64,000 nucleotides of DNA from positions 768,001-832,000 of the forward strand of contig CAXXUK010000001.1 in assembly GCA_963665125.2 (NCBI GenBank), given 5' to 3'. The DNA is from an uncultured Desulfarculus sp. Its GTDB lineage: Bacteria; Desulfobacterota; Desulfarculia; Desulfarculales; Desulfarculaceae. Positions 18,363-26,145 of this stretch are shown piece by piece (position 1 is the first letter of the stretch; every line of letters begins with the position of its first letter). The position numbers were made by a program, and so were the translations under genes. Under the pieces are notes generated by a model that saw only the letters and a list, made by a program, of their open reading frames with translations, was not told the DNA's origin and searched no databases.

Positions 18363-19424
18363 TTATTCCCCCTTTTGCTGCTGGCTGGCGAGGGGCGCTT
18401 GTTTGGCCTCCGGCGGGATCAAGGCATCCGGAACGGGTATCTTGTTTTCCTTGAAGTATCGGTATGCTCCCACGTGTAGTGGCACTTCCAGGCCGATGAG
18501 GGCCTTTTGAGGGTCTTCAAGGTTTGCGTCGCCCAGGTCCATGTTGCCCCATTGACCGAATTGGTCAAAGAAAACCTTGGTCAGCTTGTAGACGGTTTGT
18601 TCATCAAGCTCGGCCCGACAATACAGGTGGTTGTGCTGGGCGATTGTTTTCAGGTCATTTTCCTGGCCTGGGAACTTTCCCGCCTTGACCACGAAGCGGA
18701 ATCCCTTGTAGGGCGAGGTGCTGTTGATAGTCGCCAACTGCTCGTCGCTTACCTCCAACAGCCGGGGATTGTTTTCCTTAACCTGCATTACATATTTTAC
18801 GGGATAAGAAAACGGTCCGTCGGATATCATCAAGCCTGCGACCTTTTGGGACTGAAAATAGCGGTAGGCCTTGAAGGGCAGCAGATAGCGTAATTGCATT
18901 TCACTGCGGTTGACGCCTATGGCCTGAAGGATGACCAGGGCGGAAAATTCTCCGCTGCCCGGCATTCCCGCCGAAACCGCTTGGCCGCCCAAGTCTTTTA
19001 TTGTGCCGGTATCGACCTTTTCACCACGCAGGATGAAATATTCAACGTTGGGCCATAATCTGAAAATAGAGCGCAATTCCTTGAATGGAGCGCCCTGGTA
19101 CAGGCCGGTTCCCTGCCAGGATGTGTTGGCAATGAGGTTCTCAAGGACAGCCAAGTCGACTTTATTCAGCCTTAGGCTCGAAAGGTTTTCCTCGCTGCCG
19201 GGGCTGACAATGGCCTGGCATTGAATCAGATCGCTTTCAGCCAGTGTCATCGACCACAATGTGGCCATGCCCCTGCCCACGGCGAAGTCAGCGCCCACGG
19301 CCGGACCGGTGGCCATTTTGAGCACATTCGGCTCATCTTGGGCCGCTGCCGGGCTGACGCAGACAATCAGTGCCCAGGCAATGGCGAGTAAACTGATTCT
19401 GAGTTTTAGATTAATGATGCTCAT
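18363..19424 (-). CDS. TAXI family TRAP solute-binding protein
   Basis: Signal peptide; MATGPAVG, SPGSEEN, AGMPGSG, PLHVGAYRYFKE. Confidence 0.88.
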   Translation of the reverse strand: MSIINLKLRISLLAIAWALIVCVSPAAAQDEPNVLKMATGPAVGADFAVGRGMATLWSMTLAESDLIQCQAIVSPGSEENLSSLRLNKVDLAVLENLIANTSWQGTGLYQGAPFKELRSIFRLWPNVEYFILRGEKVDTGTIKDLGGQAVSAGMPGSGEFSALVILQAIGVNRSEMQLRYLLPFKAYRYFQSQKVAGLMISDGPFSYPVKYVMQVKENNPRLLEVSDEQLATINSTSPYKGFRFVVKAGKFPGQENDLKTIAQHNHLYCRAELDEQTVYKLTKVFFDQFGQWGNMDLGDANLEDPQKALIGLEVPLHVGAYRYFKENKIPVPDALIPPEAKQAPLASQQQKGE

Positions 19425-19488
19425 AGCCGGTATTCCCGGAAAATGTGGTCGTATGGGCCTGAATTATCAAGTCCAGGCCTTTGGCCTA

Positions 19489-19851
19489 TCAACTGCTCAC
19501 CCAGGCCATGGCTTTGTCTAAATCATCGTGCCGAAAGCTTCTTATATCCACGCCGGTCGCCATCTCCAAGTACTGGGCAAAAGATCCGGCCCAACTCGGC
19601 TTTCCGATCAAGGCAACCTTTTGCAGTTGGCCTTCCTGTTCGATGACGAACCTGGCAATCTCAGTGGCCTCATGCAGGTTCATGCCGACGATTGGTTGCC
19701 CGAAATCCAGAACAAGCCGGTATTTGCCGTCTGACTCAGCCGCTTTGGCCAGTCCCTGATAAAGAACGGGAAGGTCATTGTCGATATCAAAGCTTCGCGA
19801 GACCCTTATGGCCAGAATGTTACCTTTACTTTGGGGCAGAACCTCGAACAT
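19489..19851 (-). CDS. SpoIIAA-like (STAS/SEC14) protein
   Basis: MFEVL..NILAIRVS, KVALIG, IRSF...AMAWV pattern; 120 aa. Confidence 0.7.
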   Translation of the reverse strand: MFEVLPQSKGNILAIRVSRSFDIDNDLPVLYQGLAKAAESDGKYRLVLDFGQPIVGMNLHEATEIARFVIEQEGQLQKVALIGKPSWAGSFAQYLEMATGVDIRSFRHDDLDKAMAWVSS

Positions 19852-19955
19852 TGGAAACCCCCTTGATCATCTACATCTATTCGGTTCTCCAAGCATAACG
19901 GCATAACGGGTTTCAAGGCAAGCATAAGGGTGCCGGAAATCATGCGAAAAAAATG

Positions 19956-19987
19956 AAAACGCCGGTTCCCGACAGGAACCGGCGTTT
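19956..19987 (-). terminator. Intrinsic terminator
   Basis: AAAACGCCGGTTCC-CGACA-GGAACCGGCGTTT. Confidence 0.7.
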
Positions 19988-20033
19988 AGGAGTCAGAGTT
20001 GCCGCTTAATTATGCGGCATCACCGAGAGGTGA

Positions 20034-20459
20034 CTACTTGACGTCCACCAGCGGCACGGGGTAGTTCCACTCCATCTGCTCCAGGACCTTACGCAGGATC
20101 TCCGGGCTGTAGATGAGCTTCCACTTGCCGTCTTCTTCCATCCAGGCCTTGTTGACTTTGATCGAACGGCTGCTGTCAGCCAGATCGCCCTCAACCTTGA
20201 CCTTTTTGCCCAGCAGGCGGCTAATCCACTGCTGACCAATGTTGCTGATGGCGTACCAGTTGCCCTGGGCATCTACCAGGACAAAGTTTTGCTCGATAGC
20301 GGCCACGATATCCTCTGCGCCCACAGGGCAGGCCTTTTTATTCAGGGCGCACAGCAGACCCTGGATGCTGCCCTCAATGGTAGCCGGCTTGGCGGTAGCC
20401 AGGCTCGGGACCATCAGCAGTGCAACGATGACCGCAAGACCGATCCAACTTCTCTTCAT
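20034..20459 (-). CDS. Exported hypothetical protein (possible OB-like fold, Cx6C)
   Basis: Signal peptide, RBS AAGGAG, GKKVKVEG motif, typical codon usage. Confidence 0.75.
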   Translation of the reverse strand: MKRSWIGLAVIVALLMVPSLATAKPATIEGSIQGLLCALNKKACPVGAEDIVAAIEQNFVLVDAQGNWYAISNIGQQWISRLLGKKVKVEGDLADSSRSIKVNKAWMEEDGKWKLIYSPEILRKVLEQMEWNYPVPLVDVK

Positions 20460-21023
20460 CTCCTTCTCTCCCTTCTACGTGTTTTTAATTATTGAACACG
20501 CCGCCGCGCTGACCAGCAACACCCGAATTGTCGGGTGAAGGCGCAACATACGCGCGTTACAACTTCATGTCAGTGTAACTCACCAACTTTACTGGACTCA
20601 AGCAAATCTTTGCCTAATCCGGATTTGTTATCAACTCCCACAATGCACGATGCATCATGAACATATAAGCAGAAAAAAACCGGTCAGGTCAATCCTGCAA
20701 CAAAGAAAAAATTAATTCCCTGCAAAATGTTGGCGGCTTTAGTTGGTATCTCGTCATAAAAGAACCCTGTCTGCGGCCTCCGCAAGTTTGCTTACGCATG
20801 ATGTTACTATAAACAAAACACAAAAAACCACTTCTAATGCGACAAAAAAGCAAAGAACTGCATAATGGAACCCCGCGAAATGCCTTGATATGGAGCAATC
20901 GGGAGGCTCTCGGCGCGGGCAAGCCCGGACTTGACCGGCGACCATAACGCTGATAAGCTATCCTACTTATTGTAGTATCAATATAATCAGGCACTTAAAC
21001 GAAAGTCCCAAGTGAGGACCAAC

Positions 21024-21494
21024 TTGGCAAAAAAAATTATAGAAATAATAGTGAACGGTTTCACGCGCGAGGTGGCCGCTGACGCCTCCATGAGCCTGGC
21101 GGATGTCCTGCGTGATGAATTTGGCCTTTTGGGCGTAAAAAAAGGCTGCGGCCTCGGAAATTGCGGTTGCTGCACTGTCTTGATGGACGGTCGGGCCGTC
21201 AGTTCATGCCTAGTTTTGGCCTTGGAAGCCCACCAGCGCGAGATAGTAACCGTTGAGGGGCTCAAAGACGCATCGCCGGAAGTAGGGGCCATTCGCCGCG
21301 GCCTCCTGGAGACCGGCGCGGCCAATGACGGCTTCGGCGCGGCAGGGTTGAGCATTTCGGCGTTTCAACTGGCCAAAGCAGGCGTCGCCGACGATGAAGG
21401 CATCGCCAGGGGCCTTTCCGGCCATTGCCTGGACGCCTCGGGATATGATCAAGCCATCTCGGCCGTCAAGGCTGCGGCGGGCAAGGAGGGCTAG
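21024..21494 (+). CDS. CoxS/XdhC-like [2Fe-2S] subunit with a degenerate second cluster
   Basis: GVKKGCGLGNCGCCTV..SCL is intact. QCGFC appears as NDGFG and NLCRCTGY as HCLDASGY. TTG 21024 follows GAGG (alternative GTG 21012). Confidence 0.85.
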   Translation: MAKKIIEIIVNGFTREVAADASMSLADVLRDEFGLLGVKKGCGLGNCGCCTVLMDGRAVSSCLVLALEAHQREIVTVEGLKDASPEVGAIRRGLLETGAANDGFGAAGLSISAFQLAKAGVADDEGIARGLSGHCLDASGYDQAISAVKAAAGKEG

Positions 21495-21496
21495 TC

Positions 21497-22375
21497 ATGG
21501 CGTCGTTGATTCAACATCATCAGCCCGGATCGCTGGAAACAGCCCTGGACTTCCTGGGCCGCTTTCGCACCGATGTAGCCATAATAGCCGGAGGCACAGC
21601 CATCGTGCCCCAGATGCGCGACGGCAGCAAAACAGTTGGCAACCTGGTCAGCCTAAGCCGGGTTAAAGGCCTGAGCCCAATATCATACATTGATGCGGAC
21701 GGCCTGGTCATCGGAGCCGGGGCCAAGGTGGCGGACGTGGCCGTGAGCCCGGACGTCCTCCGCTATTATCCCGCCCTGGCCCAGGCCTGCGCCCAGATGG
21801 CCACGCCCCAGGTCCGCAATATGGCCACCGTGGCCGGCAACCTGGCCAACGCCTCGCCGGCGGCTGATTGCGCCGCACCCCTATTGGCCCATGGCGGCAG
21901 TGTTGTCTTGGTGGAGCGCGGCGGCCGCAGGCAGGTCATGCTGGAGCGTTTATTCACTGGGCCGCATCAAACCGTTATCGAGCCCATGGAGATGATCGAG
22001 GCCATAAGGGTGCCCGCTCCGCCCAAGCGGTTTGGCTCGTGCTATCTGCGCCTTACCTCCGGCGGAGCCTGCGGCCGGTTGATCCTGGGCGTGGCCGGGC
22101 TATTGAGCCTCGACGCCGACGGCAACATCATCCGCTCCCGCCTGGCCATATCCGGCGCTGCGCCCACGCCCGTGCGGGCCAACGAGGCCGAAAGCCTGTT
22201 GGACGGCATGACCCCGGATGAGACCCTGTTGGCCCGGGCGGCCGCGGCCTGCGTGCGGGCCACGTCACCGTCCGACGATCATCTGGCCACGGCCTTTTAT
22301 CGCAGAATGATGACCCAGGTCCTGGCCCGCAGGGTCTTGCTGGCCTGTTTGGAAATGGCCCGGAGGGAATTGTGA
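21497..22375 (+). CDS. CoxM/XdhB-like FAD-binding subunit
   Basis: IAGGT, IGA, QVRNMATVAGNL, ASPAAD, APTPVRA, YRR. Confidence 0.9.
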   Translation: MASLIQHHQPGSLETALDFLGRFRTDVAIIAGGTAIVPQMRDGSKTVGNLVSLSRVKGLSPISYIDADGLVIGAGAKVADVAVSPDVLRYYPALAQACAQMATPQVRNMATVAGNLANASPAADCAAPLLAHGGSVVLVERGGRRQVMLERLFTGPHQTVIEPMEMIEAIRVPAPPKRFGSCYLRLTSGGACGRLILGVAGLLSLDADGNIIRSRLAISGAAPTPVRANEAESLLDGMTPDETLLARAAAACVRATSPSDDHLATAFYRRMMTQVLARRVLLACLEMARREL

Positions 22376-23982
22376 TGAGCAATATCAGCAGTGATTTGGC
22401 AGGCCTTCGCGGAGAGCACGCCATCATGGGCCGTTCGATTTTCGCCGGTGACATCAGCCTGCCGGGCATGCTGCACGCCTGCCTGTTGGCCGGCCCGCAG
22501 GCAAGGGGCAGGATCAGCGGCATTGATTTCAAGGAAGCCCTAAAGGCTCCCGGCGTGGTTGCCGCCGTGGCGGACCAAGGATTGCTGGGCGTCGAGATTG
22601 ATTACCTGGGTCAACCGGTGGCGGCCATCTGCGCTGAAACCGCCCAGGCAGCGGTCATTGCCCTTGGCCGGATAAAGTACGAATTCGCCGCACAGGAGCC
22701 GCTGTTCGAGCTTGAGCTGGCCATGGCCGATGGCGCTCCATCCCTGTTGGATGGCGGCAATGTGGTTTCCCGCGCCAACGACGAAAAGGGCGATGTGGAA
22801 AACGCCCTGTCCCAGGCGTCGCAGGTGGTCATGGCCCGCTTCCAGACAGCGCCCAGATCCCTGGCCGGCGTTGAACCGGCCGTGTGCGTGGCGGCCCACG
22901 AGCCTGACGGCGGCTTGATCCTCTACGCCAACCGCGGCAGGGCCGACGTCCAACATGGCGCTTTGGCGGCGGCACTGGATATGGACCAGGCCAAGTTGCG
23001 GATCGAGTGCCTGGGCGATGCGCCCGCCGGGCCCTGGGAAACGGCGATGCAGTACGCCGCATTGAGTTTGGCGATAAAGAGCGGCAGGGCCGTCAGGATC
23101 GCCCCCAGCCTGGCCGAAAACGTGGCCCATGGCCTGCGCGTGCCCGGCACGGTGATCCTTGGCCGGGCCGGAGTGGATGACAAGGGCCGCCTTACTGCCC
23201 TGGATCTGGATATTAGCGTGGACGGCGGGGCCAACCAGGCCAAGCTGGACCAAGCCGTGGCCATGGCTGGTGCATTTGCCTACTCCACGGATAATTTCCG
23301 CTGCCGGGTGAGCCGGGGCTTCACCAACACTCCGCCTGCGGAAGTCTCCGCTTCATGCATCGCCTCTGCGGTTCATTTCGCCGTGGAGGGGCTGCTCAAC
23401 GAATCAGCCCGCCAATTGGCCATGGACCCCGTTGAGATGCGCCAGGCCAACGTCGCCCCCGGCGGCACTCTGGCCCAGTGCCTAGAATCCGCCAAAAAAT
23501 CGGCCCTCTGGGACGGCGGCAAACAGACCGGCGCGGCCTGTTTCGTCTTCGGCGATGGCGCTGAAATCGGCGCCGGCGTGCAGCTGGTCAGGGCGGAAAC
23601 AGACCTGGAAACGGGCATGATCACCCTGTCATCCATGCAGGCTATAATCAGCGGCTCTCAGCCGTCTGACGCCGCCGCAGCCCAAAGCCGCATCCTGGCC
23701 CAACTCCAGGACGGAGTATCCGCGGCCTTGGTCAGCGGCCTGAAAACGGTCGAGGGCAAGGTCGTCAACGCAGCGGAAAAACACCATGCAAACAGCCTGG
23801 ACATGCCGCGCGTGAAACTGGAGTTCACCGGAAACGGACCAGCTCCGGAGATCACCGCCGGGCCGTCCTATGGCGTGGCCCCGGCCTTGGCCGCTTCAGT
23901 GGCCGCCGCCAGCGGCGGTTTTTGCACCCAATTGCCCATAACCCCCGAGGGCCTGCTAAAGGCCACGGGCCGCATAAGGTAG
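22372..23982 (+). CDS. Shortened CoxL/XdhA-like large subunit lacking Moco-binding motifs
   Basis: Scaffold motifs LPGMLHA, GQPVAA, GDVE, TNTPP, MDPVEMR, DLETG, LPITPE are kept. GGGFGGK, RGFG, GQG and KGxGE are absent. 536 aa. Confidence 0.8.
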   Translation: MMSNISSDLAGLRGEHAIMGRSIFAGDISLPGMLHACLLAGPQARGRISGIDFKEALKAPGVVAAVADQGLLGVEIDYLGQPVAAICAETAQAAVIALGRIKYEFAAQEPLFELELAMADGAPSLLDGGNVVSRANDEKGDVENALSQASQVVMARFQTAPRSLAGVEPAVCVAAHEPDGGLILYANRGRADVQHGALAAALDMDQAKLRIECLGDAPAGPWETAMQYAALSLAIKSGRAVRIAPSLAENVAHGLRVPGTVILGRAGVDDKGRLTALDLDISVDGGANQAKLDQAVAMAGAFAYSTDNFRCRVSRGFTNTPPAEVSASCIASAVHFAVEGLLNESARQLAMDPVEMRQANVAPGGTLAQCLESAKKSALWDGGKQTGAACFVFGDGAEIGAGVQLVRAETDLETGMITLSSMQAIISGSQPSDAAAAQSRILAQLQDGVSAALVSGLKTVEGKVVNAAEKHHANSLDMPRVKLEFTGNGPAPEITAGPSYGVAPALAASVAAASGGFCTQLPITPEGLLKATGRIR

Positions 23983-23989
23983 CACGTTC

Positions 23990-24211
23990 ATGGAAAGTTA
24001 CGCCTCGGCAAAACTCGCCAAGATAGACACACGCTCCGACGGCGGAGCCAATGTCTGGTTCAAGGTCCGCTTGGGCGACTACCTGCTCGAAGTGCCCCTG
24101 ACCATTGAAGACACCAGGGAATTGGACATGGCCGAGGTCGGCAAATTGGCCCGCAAACAATTCGCCGGACTGGCCGCCGCCCTGGCCAAGGAAACCGCCC
24201 GTTGGGCTTGA
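23990..24211 (+). CDS. Small hypothetical protein, last gene of the cox-like operon
   Basis: 73 aa, starts 7 bp after the upstream stop, AAGG RBS. Confidence 0.6.
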   Translation: MESYASAKLAKIDTRSDGGANVWFKVRLGDYLLEVPLTIEDTRELDMAEVGKLARKQFAGLAAALAKETARWA

Positions 24212-24217
24212 GCTTTT

Positions 24218-24492
24218 GTGGGGGAGACCTTTTTCTTTTTACAAAAAAGAAAAAGGTCTCCCCCACACCCCCTTCCAAAAAGAAAACCAAATGCGCGTTC
24301 AATTTAGCCTGCGGCTAAATTGAACGCGCTGTGTTTGGCCAATGCCATTTCTTTGTCGACCTCTTGATCGGCAAAGAAACCACGCGCCACCAAAAAATGA
24401 CCGGTTATTGATTTGCGGCGAAGCCGAAATCAATAACCGGCGAAATTCTTTTGGGGGTGTGGGGGCCTTTTCTTTTAAGAAAAGGCCCCCAC
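24218..24492. repeat. Multi-hairpin REP/MITE-like palindromic element
   Basis: Five inverted repeats: 24218-24266, 24293-24329, 24348-24379, 24401-24440, 24459-24492. The two terminal hairpins are related (GTGGGGG...CCCCCAC). Confidence 0.75.
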
Positions 24493-24498
24493 GAATTT

Positions 24499-25704
24499 CT
24501 AGAAGTTTATGAACAGGCCGAGGAAGTAACCACCGGCAACGGCGGAGCCGATAACGCCGGCCACGTTGGGGCCCATGGCGTGCATCAGCAGGAAGTTGCG
24601 CTTGTTTTCCTGCTGGCCCATATGGTGGACGATGCGTGCGCTCATGGGAACGGCGGACACGCCCGCCGCGCCGAGCATGGGGTTGAAAGGCTCCTTGCTG
24701 AACTTGGACATGATCTTGCCGAAGATCACGCCGCCGGCGGTGCCCATGCAGAAGGCCAGCAGGCCAAGACCCAGCACCAGCAGGGTCTGCGGGTCCATGA
24801 CCCTATCCGCGGGCATGGAGGCTCCGATACCGAGCATCAGCAGGATGGTGATTATGTTGATCAGCTCGTTCTGGGCGGTCTGGCTCAGACGCTCGACCAC
24901 GCCGGATTCCCGGAAGAGGTTGCCCAGCAGCAGGAAGCCCACCAACGGAGCGCTCTTGGGGATGATCAGGATGATGATCAGCATGGCCATGATCGGGAAC
25001 AGGATGCGTTCCATGCGGCTGACGGGCCGGATCATGGGCTTCATGTAGGTTTCGCGTTCGGCTTTGCTGGTCAGGGCCTTGATGATGGGCGGTTGGATGA
25101 TTGCAACCATGGCCATGTAGGAATAGGCCGCGGTGGCGGTGATGCCCATGATGTCCGGGGCCAGCAGGCCGGTGGTGTAGATGGTGGTGGGTCCGTCGGC
25201 GCCGCCGATGATGCCGATGGAGCAGGCTTCCTTGAGGGTGAAGCCCCATTCGGGCACCAGAAGGCCCACGGCAAGGGCGCCCAGGAACGCGCAGTAGATG
25301 CCTATCTGGGCGGCCGCGCCCAGGAGGAAGGCCCTGGGATTGGCGATCAGCGGGCTGAAGTCGGTGAGAGCGCCGATGCCGAAGAAAATGAACTGGGGCA
25401 GAATGGTCCAGGTGTACAGGCCGTATTTGAGGATGATGCCCAGAACGCCCGCTCCGCCGTCGGGGATGCCGGGGCCGGGCAGGGTGGTCAGGCCGGTAAG
25501 CGGCAGGTTGGCCAGGATCATGCCCGCGCCGATGGGCAGAAGCTCGTAGGGCTCCCACTCTTTTTTAATGGCCAGGAAGATGAATCCCAGCCCGACCAGG
25601 ATCATGATCAGGTGGGGCAGGTCCATGTTGCCGAAGCCGACCTGGACATTGAGAATCTTTAAAACGCCGTCATGGTAGGTAATGAGGTGGTCCATAAAGC
25701 TCAT
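24499..25704 (-). CDS. oadB: Na+-translocating decarboxylase beta subunit
   Basis: GALTDF, LGAAAQ, IGIIGGADGPT, AYSYMA, GAAGVSAVPMSAR, HAMGPNVAGVIGS. Confidence 0.95.
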   Translation of the reverse strand: MSFMDHLITYHDGVLKILNVQVGFGNMDLPHLIMILVGLGFIFLAIKKEWEPYELLPIGAGMILANLPLTGLTTLPGPGIPDGGAGVLGIILKYGLYTWTILPQFIFFGIGALTDFSPLIANPRAFLLGAAAQIGIYCAFLGALAVGLLVPEWGFTLKEACSIGIIGGADGPTTIYTTGLLAPDIMGITATAAYSYMAMVAIIQPPIIKALTSKAERETYMKPMIRPVSRMERILFPIMAMLIIILIIPKSAPLVGFLLLGNLFRESGVVERLSQTAQNELINIITILLMLGIGASMPADRVMDPQTLLVLGLGLLAFCMGTAGGVIFGKIMSKFSKEPFNPMLGAAGVSAVPMSARIVHHMGQQENKRNFLLMHAMGPNVAGVIGSAVAGGYFLGLFINF

Positions 25705-25883
25705 GATGCGGCCTCCTCCTTGGCTTGGGCCTGCTTAGCAGCTGCTTTCTTCTTGGCTTCGATGTTGATGAAGATCTTGCCCATGAAGTGGGTGCAAGCC
25801 GCCAGAATCGACATTATCAAGAAGACCACAACTAGGCCGCCGCCTACGATGCGAAACGCTTCCCCCCAGTTTACCGGTTCCAT
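25701..25883 (-). CDS. oadG: OadG family (gamma/delta) subunit
   Basis: Single TM (GLVVVFLIMSIL) with a Lys/Ala tail; overlaps the oadB start; RBS GGAGG. Confidence 0.75.
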   Translation of the reverse strand: MEPVNWGEAFRIVGGGLVVVFLIMSILAACTHFMGKIFINIEAKKKAAAKQAQAKEEAAS

Positions 25884-26040
25884 GTTAACCTCCGGTTTGC
25901 TTCAGATCCAGCGGGCCTCAAAAGCTCTGCCGGTCTTGGCATTATGTTATTGGTTTTCGGTGCTGTCTCAGTGGGTGGATCAGCGAAAGTTGAAACAAAG
26001 GGCCGGGAATAGAAAATTCCCAACCCTTATGTGATTGGAA

Positions 26041-26069
26041 AATATATAGCAAAAACGTTAAGTGAGCAA
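26041..26069 (-). promoter_or_regulatory. Putative sigma70 promoter for oadGB
   Basis: TTGCTC-17 nt-TATATT. Confidence 0.45.
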
Positions 26070-26145
26070 GTTGTTTGGGCCAATTGGTTGGTTTGCCCTA
26101 GGGCTTTCGCCATTATTAGAGGGTTGAAACCGGCTAATGCCGGTA

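Noticed and set aside
20601..20617. Sigma54-like site AGGCAAAGATTTGCT on the minus strand
   Set aside because: GG-to-GC spacing is 9 nt, not the required 10.
20460..21023. Small ORFs in the AT-rich gap upstream of the cox-like operon
   Set aside because: Atypical composition and no RBS or motifs; most likely a divergent promoter region.
24218..24492. CRISPR array
   Set aside because: The repeats are inverted and non-identical, with no repeat-spacer periodicity and no cas genes.
24451..25662. 403 aa plus-strand ORF
   Set aside because: Antisense shadow of oadB with no motifs; typical of high-GC codon bias.
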